Assembly (NCBI GenBank): GCA_951406725.2
Contig: OX597815.1
Span: 70,184,001 to 70,248,000, forward strand
Source of the DNA: Octopus vulgaris
Taxonomy: Eukaryota
Direction of reading: 5' to 3'
Length of the DNA: 64,000 nt
Part shown: positions 13,030-25,533 of the stretch, piece by piece
How the letters are laid out: every line of letters starts with the position of its first letter
Position numbering within the stretch: the stretch's first letter is position 1
The notes under the pieces: generated by a model
What the model was told of the DNA's origin: nothing
The model's input: only the letters and a program-made list of their open reading frames with translations
Databases searched by the model: none
Made by a program: the position numbers and the translations under genes

Positions 13030-13432
13030 CTTTTTGCCATCATTACATCAATTAGTTTAAGGCAGCTAATTCTATTGGAGTTAACTGTGTCATGGAAGGA
13101 GAAGAAAAGAAGTAAATATCAGTAGTTGGTAGAGGATTGCAGTAAGAATGGGAGGAACATGGTCTTTGCTGATGGAGGTTGTCAGTCAAGAGTTTGCAGG
13201 TCACATTGTGAGGAAGGCCTGTAGATCCCTGGGCATTGAGCCATCAAGAACAATGCAGAGACTGCTGAAGCAACATGTATCTGGATGAAAAAAAGTGATT
13301 AGTGGGGGTTAAGTAGAAAGCTATGAAGAGACAAGCCAAGGCTTGATCATCATGGGTTGTGTGACATGAATGGGGTGTATAAAATCCAAAACCATCAGTG
13401 ACCCTAGTATACAACACTGGAGATGTGTCCAA
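13030..13432 (+). mobile_element. HERO-type non-LTR retrotransposon, restriction-like endonuclease C-terminus plus 3' UTR (decayed)
   Basis: Translated fragments LILLELTVSW, KRSKYQ*LVEDCSKNG, MEVVSQEFAGH...SLGI and AEATCIWMKK match the recalled HERO C-terminal pattern. Confidence 0.7.
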
Positions 13433-15693
13433 GTATTGTACCTGTAGATGTGTGTTTGAACTAACAATATTTTGAGTTTAAAGACTAAAATATTTCATCT
13501 TATGTAAAATAAGCCAACGGACATGTTTGAAAATGTAAAAACTGTCTGTTCAACCAACTTTATGGATAGGCAGACAGAAAGTGACTGATGAAGTCCTAGA
13601 TGACGTGTTCCAGACGAGCACTGCAGATCAACTGTGTGGTGTAAAGAAAAAAGAATTTCTTGGAGGAAAACTAACCAGCATCAACAAGTGTGTGCACACC
13701 AGCAGAGGCTGAGTGGACAACAAGAAAGGCTCACAAGTGGCAGAAATGAAGATAGAGTTATGATGACATCAAGGATTAAATGGAGAGGACCTTGGCAGAG
13801 TGTATGGTTGCTGCATAGGCCTGCAGAGTTTGTGTTACAAGATGAGGTAGTTGTGTCTGAGGCTACCCACTTCAGCTTTGAGGGTGGGCATATTCATTCA
13901 CTCATTCAATATTAGGAGATAGGAAACAACGATTACATGAAAATGAAAAAATTCAAAAAAAGGTTCAAGGAAAATTAATCTCTATCATTTTTGCATGCAA
14001 GATCAAACCCTTCAAAGGTCAATTTTATGTTTCGTATTTCCAGGTTGTAAAATTAAGCACACCCCACCCATCTATTAAGAGAGATGATTCTTCCCTCTCA
14101 ATTATTTGTATAATTTAAACATCTAGACATTATCACATTGTATCATGCAGATTTAACCTGAGAATTGCGTGAAGGAGAAATGGTGCATCATACTGTAGAA
14201 TACCCAAACATTTACACTTGCTAAAATTTTTCACATTCAAAGTAGACAGCTATAGTCAAAGATTATGCAAAAATAAGGGATGGTCACATTTGGGATGACT
14301 TCCAAACTGTCTGATCGGGAATAACCAGGATTTTAAACAATACTGCATGTGTGCATGTGTGTAAAGAAAAATTGAAATAGAACATGAAAACAATTAGTTG
14401 AAATGACAACAAAGATCCTCTCATCGACCAAGACTCATCATAGTTTCAGCACATTTAAAGTCTAAATGATTAAAGTTCCATGGTTGTTTGTCTTTTATGC
14501 AAACTTATATTTATATAAATAGTTTAATATTAAATTGAAAAATTATGCCATCCTTTTTAGTAGAATATGTATTTTTTAAATTTTTATGAGAAAAGGTTGA
14601 CAGTGATTCCAAAGTTTCAGCTTCCTTACCACTATCAAGCTGTTTGATAATGGTAAGCAAATTGAAACTGTGAGGTCATTACCAACATTTTCCAAGCAAA
14701 ATTTGTGTATATATATATATATATATATATAGTGTGTGTGTGTGATTAGGTTTAGTGATGCAAGCAGGAAAATAGAACACAAAACATGAGTATATATACT
14801 TATTTATAATTAATAGTTATCAAATGATTAGGGTTGAGAGTTATCAAAGTTTGATAAATGCCAACGCATGATTCTCAGCCCTTGAGTCATTTCTGCTGTT
14901 TATTAATAATAATGATTATATATATATCATCATCATCATGATATATATATATATATATATATATACAAATACACACTCAAACATACACACATTATAACAG
15001 ACCTGGTAGAGAAGTAAGTCACTTCCTCTTCTCCACTAATACGAATGTTCACCTTGAGTAATAGCACAAACACAACCCTTACTAAGCATATCAGATTGGG
15101 GAAAAGATAGAATGCAAAACTGTGTCACTTCGAGATTTATTTGCCCATGAGATAAGTTGAGGAACCATTTCAGAGTGGAATGAGTGCTACATAAACCAAA
15201 TACAATCAGGATATATTCTTGATGGTTTCGTAATAGGCTTGCTTGGAGGAGTGGGAGAGCAAAAAAGTAGTCCTAGACAGATTTTGCTGAAGATCAAGGG
15301 CAGCAGCCAATAACCACTGGAATAGTAAAAACTGATAACTTACCAAACTTTTACTTGGACTGCAAACATGCTCAAGTACCTAATCAAACAAATCGACCCA
15401 GTAATTATTTTGAAGACTGGTACTTATTGTTGGTCTCTGTTGCCAAAATGTTAAGTTATAGGGACATAAACAAATCAACACCAGATGTCAAGTAATGGGG
15501 GAGACCAAAAAACACATATATTTATATATACCTCCCACATTGACATGTTGGTAAATATTTTAACAGCAAACACACAGCTTGTGCCAAGTGCAAGCTGAAA
15601 AGGAACTGTAAAATATTAACTATCTGACACTACCATAAGCACCTGCCTAACTTCACTAGCGCCACATCAACAGCAGCATTATATGTATGTATG

Positions 15694-15743
<50 letters not shown>

Positions 15744-16028
15744 GTGCCCCAGCATGGCCACAGCTCATAAGCTGAAACTAGAATCAATCAATCAATCAAT
15801 CATATACACACACACATTTATATATATGTATATATATATATATATATACAAACATATATACACGTATATATACACATATATACATACACAGATATATATA
15901 TATATATATATATATACATGCATATACGTACACACACACACATATACATATATATACATTTATGTATTTATTTTGCAAGATTCTTGATGTAAAATTGTGT
16001 TTTGAAACAGATATTATTATATTTGGGG

Positions 16029-16423
16029 ATGGTCATATTTTGCCAATTAAACACACACATTTATGTTTGGTCTTTATTTCAGCTTTATTATTATCATTTT
16101 TGTTTCTTTGTCAAAGTTATTTTATCACACATCCTGTGACCTTTTCAGTGACTTTTAATCCCACATCTCTGTAACTTCTTCAGCGACTCTTTATTCCACA
16201 TCTCTGTAACTTCTACAGCAACTCTTTATCCCACAAGTCTCCTCTTGTTCTACTTTGTCCATTTTTCGGACTAAGCAGAACAGGAGGAGACACGTGGAAT
16301 AAAGAGTTGTTGAAGAGGTCACAGGATGTGTGATGAAAGAGCTTTGACAAACGAAAATAATAATCAAGTTGAAGTAAACACCAAACATATCGTGCGTGTG
16401 TTTAATTGGCAAAATATGACCAT
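16029..16423. repeat. ~395-bp imperfect foldback (inverted repeat) element
   Basis: atggtcatattttgccaattaaacac at both ends in inverted orientation; arms align to the loop at ~16260-16268; left arm has a triplicated ~35-bp unit. Confidence 0.9.
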
Positions 16424-16463
16424 TTTATTGTTCAAAGCTTCTTGGAATTTCTCACTTGGAAAG

Positions 16464-16497
<34 letters not shown>

Positions 16498-18459
16498 AAT
16501 ACACACGTACGCACAACAAGTCTATGGTTGGCTCGAGGCTATAGTAGAATCCCAAGGTGCCACGCAGCTGGACTGACCCCCAAAATCATGCAGTTGGGAA
16601 GCAAACTCTTAACCACACAGCCAGCCCTGTCGGTATGTGTGTGATTTTGCTTAGGTTTGGCGAAGAACCAAGCAATAGGAATTACGTAATTAACCTCATT
16701 AGCTTCCGGATGAAGTGAACTCAGAGCTGAGTGTTTGTGCAATATTTTATAGGTTCCTCGGAGCCATTAAAACGCAGTACTGACAGAGAGTGCACTGTTT
16801 TTTATAGCAGAAACAGCCGTAAGCTAATGAAATTGATTACGTAATTCATGTTCCCTTGTTATTCAATAACACACACATAAATATGTATGTATACGTGTTA
16901 CGGGCATCCATAGAGTTTCCGTCAACCAAATTCACTCACCATGCATGAGTTGGTCCGAGGGGGCTACAGGAGAAGACACTTGCCCAAGATGCAGCGCAGT
17001 ATGACTGAACCCGAAACTATGGGCTTGCGAAGCGAAGTTCTTAATCATACGGCTATACCTGAATAACTCGACGATCAAGAGAAGCAAGGAGAGAGGGTGC
17101 GAGAGAGAGAAAGGGGTGAGGAGGGAATGAGAACATCGATATTTCTTCTTTTTCTCAAAAACAGAAAAAATAACTGTGACTAATCTTATAATAAATAACA
17201 AGGTAACACGGTGAAAGGAAAATAAACCTACCTTTATTTCATTTATAGGAAAACGGTAGGTATATATTATTACTAATCAGAAACTCCCCAAAGAGAGTTG
17301 GAAATCCCAAGAAGCTTTGAACAATGAAAGTCAAATAAAAAAATTAAAGTTTAAAAAGCAACTGAGTGCAGCTTGGGTGTGGGGGGTCTGATACAGGTCG
17401 CGTTTCGTGACATTAATCTTGTGATTTATTTTTTCCTAATTAAAAGGGTGTTAATAACATTTTATACCAGTTGTCTGCTAGTTTGAATTTTCTTAGCTAA
17501 AATAGACGAAGCGTGTGTGCGCACGTTTGTGTGTGTGTGTGCATGATGTGAATATGCGTAGACGTGGATGTGTTTTAATGTGCGTGCTTGTGTGTAAACG
17601 TGTTTACGTGAAAGGGTATGTGTGAGCTTTTAATCCACGAAATCTATTCTTAAAGAAACCTAAACATATTTTCAAAAAATAACAAAAAGCCGGAATCCTT
17701 GTGTCTATTATAAAGTTACCTTCCAAATAAAAGAGCCTCTCTCTAGGCAGCAGCTCGACTTGCGAAAAATAAGATCGAAGCTCCCTAATATTACACCCTA
17801 TAGTCTTTAAAAAATGTTCATTTGAGTAATAAGACAAAATAGTCATGGCTAGATTGTCTTCATCGTTGAGTCAACTCGATGAGAGCTGATCTGGGGCTTA
17901 ATAAGAGCCCTAAAAAGCCTGTGTCTTGTCATACAATCCGCTAGAAATAGCAGCCCATTCCCTCAAATCATACATTATATTTTACAAAAAAGAAAAAAAA
18001 AAGAAAGGTATATTGGATAATATAATCCTAAATATGTTTAGGAAATGGACGGGATGGTCACGGATGGAACATAATTGATCAGAGGTCTGCTCGACAACAG
18101 CTGACTATGGTTAATCAACAGTAACTAACTGACGAGAGAGCTTCTGCGTGGTCACTGGAGCAGCTAGAAATAGCAGCCATATCTCATACTACACTCTGCA
18201 ATCTTAAATAGAGGAGAGATTGACCAATTTTGAGATACACAAAGATGGGATGATCGTGGCTGGAAGCGATCTTGAAAATGATCTGTCCGATCAGTGTTGA
18301 CCTGGATTTAAACAAAGTATACATTCGTGTGTTTGTATATTATACACACCCTGTTGTCCTACAATTGTTAATTTGTAAAGCATCTTCAAGTATATAAACA
18401 TAACCACATGCGTAGACATAAATATCCACCAACAGATAAATATTCTTGTTTATGTGTGT

Positions 18460-18563
18460 GCACAGAGACGAACAATATATATATATATACAGAGACGAAC
18501 TATATATATATATATACAGAGACGAACAATAAATATATATATATATATATATATATACATGCA

Positions 18564-18607
<44 letters not shown>

Positions 18608-18612
18608 GCATA

Positions 18613-18683
<71 letters not shown>

Positions 18684-18725
18684 CATGCATACGATATGTA
18701 TACATGCATACGATATGTATACACA
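18460..18725. repeat. Compound minisatellite: (cagagacgaac + TA run)x3, then (catgcatac + TA run)x several
   Basis: Seen directly. Confidence 0.9.
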
Positions 18726-19959
18726 CACGCTCAATAAATTCTATAAAACAGACACACACACATATATATACACAAACACAAAGTAAAATATATGCACATT
18801 GAGACAAAGAGTAAATAAATTATATAACACCATATGAACTTCGTTATTTTGTAAATAGACATGAAGAGGAAGATGTGCGCCGAAGATCCGGCACAACAAA
18901 CTAAGGAACACGTCCATGGTTTATTAATATAGCGTAATATCTAAGTATTCCTCTGACTTGACATTGGCAAACATGTGATAAGTTCGAATAAATACAAAAA
19001 TAAATAAGAAATACCACACGGTTATTAGTCAGATAGTATTGTTTCTATATCATGCTAACACCGACCACGCTACCTCAGGTAAGAAGAACAGGTTAGCTCT
19101 ATTAATTGAAGACTAATTTAGTTGTAAGACTAAACAGCGCCTGTAAACGTGTTGATTATGTGAACTACAGAGAAAGAAACAAGAAATATATAAAACTAAA
19201 TATCGGATTTTATTGTTGTTAGTTATTTTATCAAAGGTTAAAGGGAAAAAATATAATTAATCAGCGAGCAAACGTGTAGATTTATTTTGGTATGTATGTT
19301 AGTGTAATAACGAGAAATTAACCACATGTCGAGTATATTTTACCTGTTGAAAGAGAGCAGTGTAATTATAAACAAAAAGGGAATAATATAATAGAAAAGC
19401 AAGTAGCTTTATGGAAAATGCCTTGGCAGACAGCCGTCATTTTTGTACATCTCTCCCCCCCTCCTTCCAGTCTGAAAGAAAAATACTGCCTGATCTTGTT
19501 TTCTCTTTCCTCATACAAAGCCAAAATAAAAAGAAAAAAATCTTATGAAATCATGGTACTAAAATCCTAATGATTATCTCTTAATTTTGTTGTAATCATA
19601 ACCACTTACCTTTGTAAATATTAGTTATGACTCAATGAATGAACCTTTTTTTGTTTATATCCTAGTAATATTACATATGGAAAGTGGGACGAGAGTTCCC
19701 GTAATTGTGTAACAAGTCCCAGCCATTTTGTCCAATGTTAAGAAAGATGTAAACATATGGAAACCCATTTACGTTAAAGTCGTGTGACTAGGCCTCCTTG
19801 CAACAGTAAACAAATAAAAAAAAAGTGCGTCTCTGTATCAGAAAATATATGTACGCACTGTGTTTAGTTTTTTTCTTTAAAGAAAATTGGTGAAGTATTG
19901 TTTCTGGTATTTTATTTTTGTTATTTGTTTACTTTAAGTAATGATGTTATGAAATCGTG

Positions 19960-20245
19960 ACGACACACACACGCACGCGTATGTGAGAGAGAGAGAGAGA
20001 GAGAGAGGAGAGACAGAGAAGGAATAGAGAAAAAGGGGGGAAGAGAGAGAAATTCTCTCAAATTTAAAAATTACCTTAATATTAAATAATAACAACAAAT
20101 CTGTTTTATTAAACGTTTACCGACCTAATTTTATGCAGTTAAATATCTAACTTTCTACATCCACACCTCCATTATAGCTGTGCGTGTTTTGTTTTGCGAC
20201 AGTCGGAAAGCGGTTCTTAGACGTTTCCAATATTTCTGTATTGAA
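19960..20245 (+). promoter_or_regulatory. Probable KXD1 promoter / 5' UTR region with (GA)n tract
   Basis: Repeat-poor, relatively CpG-retaining region immediately upstream of the ATG; (GA)n at ~19985-20050; TSS not determinable. Confidence 0.4.
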
Positions 20246-20367
20246 ATGTCGGACGGTCAGACGTCTCCGTTGTCTATAGAAGACTATGCCACGACTTTTA
20301 CTGAAGCACTCACTTGTCAGATCAACAAGGAAGATGTTGGCTGTATGATCCAAACACAGAAAGAGAT
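20246..20367 (+). CDS. KXD1: KxDL motif-containing protein 1, coding exon 1
   Basis: MSDGQTSPLSIEDYATTFTEALTCQINKEDVGCMIQTQKE+AT, donor gtacgt at 20368 (phase 2); resembles the KXD1 N-terminal 'N..DV..II..QK.M'. Confidence 0.85.
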
Positions 20368-21439
20368 GTACGTATTGTCACTGGAGATTATTGCCTTTTT
20401 ATTTTATTTTATTTTTGGTAAAACACTCGGTTTGATATCATCTAATTTATGTGTAACAACATGTTTCTTACAAAGCGTGAAACTTCAGATTTTCTTCAGG
20501 TGAGGGTAAAGAGAAATTCTCGTATTTCAGGCATTGGCAATTTAAGGGTAGCTGTTCTATCTCGGAATAGCAATCGGATCACTGACTCAGTTCGTCTAAA
20601 ATCGATAAGCCGTTCGTTCTCACCATGTGAGTCCGACTGCACGCAGACACTCATCTATATACATACATACATACATAATAAACACCTCATCGATTGATGC
20701 ATCTAGCGCTGCAACGCAAGCAGAACCACGCAAAAGCATGACATACGACCAAATAGCATTACATTGTAAGTTTCAATCCATAGTTGTTTTTTCGAGACCT
20801 CGGGCCACATATTGCACGACCACGCCTATCACGATGAAATCTGCGAACGAAGTATCTTTGTTCTTTTGCAAACGACTTTCCAATGGTTAAAATGTCACCA
20901 ATATAATGAATTGTATATGGCTCACGAATACACTTCAAAACATCTTGAAAATTAATTATCGCAATACAAATTTATAAAAAAAAAAAATCACAGGAACAAT
21001 GAGAAATGGGGGCATAACTACAGTTAAGTGCCCCTACCTTCGCTCATATTTTTCTCCCCTCATAATTTTCTTAATAATGCATATTTTTTTAATGAAATTT
21101 GACAGATATATGTTTTTGAAGGCGTAGGTTACGATTATGTTCGTTCATTTTTTTCTAATTAAAACATATTTTAATCAAAAAGAAAATAATTATCCCACAA
21201 CAACAGAAAAAAAAAACTGACATTATTTTCATTGATGTTATTTGTTATTAACATAAAATCGGTTGTATGAAGGAAAAAGTATCCGTCCTGAGGTTTAGCC
21301 TTCTAAAATACAAATCGAAAGTAATTCTAGAATGTTTTTGCAATGTTTTCCATTCCACTTCTGTAACATCATTATGTTATGTAATGACCATCAACAAATT
21401 ACTGAATGGTTTTTAAAATATTATAGATGGCGGGATTGT

Positions 21440-21899
21440 TTTAAGCACGCCATATATCCCCCTCATAACTTTTTATATTTTTGCGAATTTGTGTTCTACA
21501 CACGGAAATCCATTCGGCTATGCAAAAATGAAAAGACGTGTGATTAAAGGAGGTATTTAGCTGTTATTTTTAACACCTCTCATGACCACCTCATACCGTC
21601 CTCGTTTGTCACTCTGACGTATTAATGTTTTTCAATATCTTTCTCCCCATAAACACAGTTAATGGTCTATTGCAGGGATTTAAGTCAAAGCTTCGGACTG
21701 TCCGTATTTTAAACTGATTTTTAAAAAAGAATTCGAAAAATTAAGAATAAATTTCTTAAATCTTGAAAAATTGAAATGTTTTTTGTTTTCATGGTTATAT
21801 GAATTACCGTGCGTAAAACACAAATCCACAAAATTTTTTTAATTTTCCGAAAATTCCAAAAACTAAAAGCGCAATGAGGGATTATTTGGCGTGTTTAAA
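21440..21899. mobile_element. MITE-like element with long imperfect terminal inverted repeats
   Basis: ttaagcacgccatatatcccc...tttgtgttctacacacggaaat vs reverse complement of the right end ttaaacacgccaaataatccc...tttgtgttttacgcacggtaat. Confidence 0.65.
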
Positions 21900-23756
21900 G
21901 CAGAATTTAGACGTTTTAGTAATAATCTTGCTCAATACGTTCGTCTTCAAAACGTCCTTGACTTTTGATACAAAACGAATGCAGCGTAAAATATCAAGCT
22001 AAACTGATGAACGAAGAGCAATACATTAAATAAATAATCTTCTCTTAATAACACGTTATGTCCTAAATAAGGCTAAGGTGTAGTTTAGCAATTTTTAAAT
22101 TTGAGAGTAAATTGACCGGAAGTGATGATAGTTAAATCCTGTAATTTTGTCAACATTCTATTCTACAGTGAATCGATAGGAACAACGCCACTAGTTCCCG
22201 TCCTTTTTGTACTGTTCATTTGTGGTGCAGGGTTATTGCAATATTCACATTTAACCATGGTGGTTATCATGCGTCGACATGTAAATCACCGAATTCGCTT
22301 TTCACTAGTGTTATTTGTTGCAAGTTATAGTACTTATGAAACGTTTACCTTTGCTGCTACAGATTCTTAAGATATTACTAAAAGGTACTGTATCAGTAGC
22401 TACATGTGGACATGACATAATGAGGGAGCTCTGTTAATAAAATTAAGGGATTTCACCAGTTCTCTTGAGGGTTGTCACTGTCGTCATTTCTATCAGTTTA
22501 TATTCATTTCTTTAAATCTCTAAACTGCATGTTAACTCTCAAAAGTTCATGTTGAGACGTCTGTTTATGTTGATAGGACGTTTATATACTTTTAGTTGTT
22601 TCACATATCTCACAGTAGATTGCAATCTATGTGAAATCTCATTGTGCTGTCGATGTTAGTGTCTCGAGGTTGTAAATAAAACGATAAAACGTATCGATAA
22701 TAGTTGCAGGCATGGCAGAGTGGTTAAGAAGTTCACTTTCCTTCCACTTGGTTGTGGGCTCAGTTTCACTTGTGCAAATGTCTTCTGCTACAGTAATTCT
22801 TTCATATCTTTGGCACATGTTAGAGGAGGGGTATAGTCAATTACATTGACCCCAGTACTTGAATTGTACTTTATTTTATCAACCCTGAAAGGATGACAGT
22901 CGAAGTTGACATTGGCGGAATTTGAACAAATGTCTTCTACTGTAGCCTTGGGCCTACCAGTTTGGTAGACAAAAACTGAAAATTGTGTATGTAGTGTGTA
23001 CATATATATATATATATATATGTTTGTGCTTAACATCTTGTATTGATCTGTTTACATTTCTGTAACTCAGTTCAATGAAAGAGACTGATAGAATAAGTAC
23101 CGGACCTAAACATAAATACTGTGGTTAATTTGTTTGACTAAAAAAAGACAAAAAAAAAAACCAAACAACTTTTGAGGCAGTATCTCACCATGGTCACAAT
23201 CTAATGATTGAAGCAAGTAAAAGATAAAAAATAAATACGACATATAATTTGAAAACAAAAGTAATTGTGACTACAAGGTTATTTGAAATGTAGCACCATA
23301 TTACTTTAATCAGTTAATTCTTTTACTGGTTTCAGTCATTAAAAATGGGCATGCTGAAGCACTGTTTTGAAGGGTTTATTCGATCAACTCAAACCCAGTA
23401 CTTCCTTTTTTGAAAGTTTGGTACTTATTTTTGCTGAACTGCTAACTTGCAGTAATGTAAACAAACCAATTTTGGGTGTCAAGCAATAGGGATAGGGGTC
23501 AAAGATACACACGCATGCATACATATGATATATGTGCACACAATGCTGTAGAAATGAGTTGCAATGTCACTGGTGCCAAGCTGTATCAGCCTCTTTTCTT
23601 TGGACATCAGTGGTATAGAGAAGGAAGACTGGTATGCATGGGCAATTGCTGGTCTTCCACAAACAACCTTGGTCAGACTTGTGCCTTGAAGGAGAATTTT
23701 CTAGGTGCTGTTCCATGGTCATTCGTGACCAAAGGGGGTCTTTATATATATATGTA

Positions 23757-24308
23757 TGGTGGCTGCCCCCTTGTTATCGAGTATGGCCATTGCTCGAAGC
23801 TTAATCAATGTTGTTATCGTGCAATGCCTGTTCAAGATTTTTTTTAAAGTGAGGAAAGGCTGTGCACTGAGTCAATCCCACTCACTAAGCAACAGCAGCC
23901 ACAATCCGAAAAGAAGAACAAGTCAACATCATCGGTAACCACTGAGCCACAGGTTTTATGACGGAGTTATCCCAGTTTCCTGAGTCACCTTCTCCTAGAA
24001 GGATACCCTAATAAAGGCTAGGAGTCCTTCACTCCCAATGGTTTAACCGCGCAATTGGGTATTCAGTTCGATTATTTCTATGTCCCCATGCATGATACAG
24101 CCTTAAGGCATTTATTGGATGGCCGTTGACTCTCAAGAGTTCCTCCGCCCTTTGACGGGTTTTGTTTTTCATCCCGCAGGGTGTCCAATAAACACCCTCC
24201 TCACCAACCAAGCTTGGTGGGGTTGCCGGTTTAGTCGCCAACGACCCGACCATGCAACAGGTTGTACTGGGTTACATGATACCAGTAGCACTTGAAAGTG
24301 ATCTGACA
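23757..24308 (-). mobile_element. GC-richer non-autonomous retroelement, probably RTE-related, inserted in (TA)n
   Basis: Sharp composition change between TA runs; structured 5'-UTR-like sequence; family call from recollection only. Confidence 0.4.
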
Positions 24309-24388
24309 TATATATGTATATATATATATATATATATGCTAGCATGGAGAACGGACGTTAAACGATGATGATGATGATGATATATATG

Positions 24389-24418
<30 letters not shown>

Positions 24419-24420
<2 letters not shown>

Positions 24421-25249
24421 GGATATCCCAAAAGTCACTAATGGGTTTCAATTTCTAATAACTTCCTTAACTTTACAAATAAATGCATGAAGTTTCGATA
24501 CATTATAAATGACATAATGGAAATTAATATGCACAAGTCAAATTTTCCAACACCACTACATCACAAATGAAAAATGGCAGCCATTTTCAGCTTCGCATGC
24601 CCATGCTCTTTCCAAAACTTGCACCATAACACTCTCAAGTGTTTCAGATCCACTTCTTTGATTTCTCTATTGATGTTCTTCAGTTGCACCAGGGTTTTTG
24701 GTTTCTTGATGTAAACCCTCTCCTTCAGGTATCCCCACAAGAAAAAATTTGGGCTAGTCAAGTCTGAAGAGCATAAAGGCCAATTGACATTGCTGTAGTG
24801 GGAGATTATTCTCTCTCTGAAGCACTGCTGTAGCAACTGCATTGTTTCTCTTGTATGAACTGTTGCCCCATCTTACTGAAACCATGTGTGAGGTCTACTT
24901 TGAATGGCCTTTACATTCCCTAGACTTGACTAGACCGGATCTTTTCTTGTTGGGATACCTGAAAGAGAAAGTTTACATCAACAAACCGGAGACCCTGGTG
25001 CAACTGAAGGAGGACATCAATAGAAGAAATCAGAGAAGTGGGATCTGAAACTTTGTTTCTGTGCTCTTTCCAAAACTTATGATGCCATTTAAACAATGAC
25101 ATTTTTCATAGGTGATGTTGCAAAATTTGACTTGTGCATATTAATTTCCATTATGTTTTTTATATTGTATCAAAATTTCATACTTTTATTTGTAAAGTTA
25201 AGGAAGCTATTAAAAGCTGAAACTGATCAGTGACTCTTGGGACACCCTG
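24419..25249. mobile_element. Head-to-head foldback of two Tc1/mariner-superfamily (rosa/maT-like) right ends
   Basis: Both arms encode the same transposase C-terminus in opposite directions (WPLCSSDLTSPNFFLWGYLKERVY on -, WPLHSLDLTRPDLFLLGYLKEKVY on +); ends cagg.t.tcccaa.agtcact inverted; TA at the right flank. Confidence 0.85.
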
Positions 25250-25344
25250 TATATATTATTGTTATTATTAGTTAATAAATCATGTTATAGACCTGGTAGT
25301 TTTTCAGTAAATCACATTCACTTTCTCAGATACAAGAATGTTTA

Positions 25345-25533
25345 TTGATCATGGCAATTGTTTCAACCCATCTAGCATCAGTTCCTCACGGGAACAAATG
25401 TTATTTTAATGAGATACACCTTGTCACTTTGAGGAGACACATTTACACTGACAGTTACACCTAAACCAAATGTTCAATATACCCACCCATGAGGAATTGA
25501 TGCGAGATGGGTTGAAACAATTGTAGTGATCAA
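25345..25533. repeat. ~190-bp element with ~50-bp terminal inverted repeats
   Basis: caattgtttcaacccatctagcatcagttcctca vs tgaggaattgatgcgagatgggttgaaacaattg. Confidence 0.8.

Noticed and set aside
13585-13620. CTGATGA-AGTC..GAC as a hammerhead
   Set aside because: No GAAA or stem I/III follows; the same applies to the CTGATGA inside the 44487-44550 hairpin.
15691-18807. Long YI/CV-rich ORFs (also 29099-29506)
   Set aside because: Translations of (TA)n/(TG)n microsatellites.
20180-20503. ORF-track 107-aa protein as a complete gene
   Set aside because: It starts at a GTG and reads through the splice donor at 20368; only 20246-20367 is coding.
24200-24308. HDV-like ribozyme on the minus strand (GG-GTCG/CGAC-TAA)
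   Set aside because: A consistent P2/P3/L3 nested pseudoknot could not be built.
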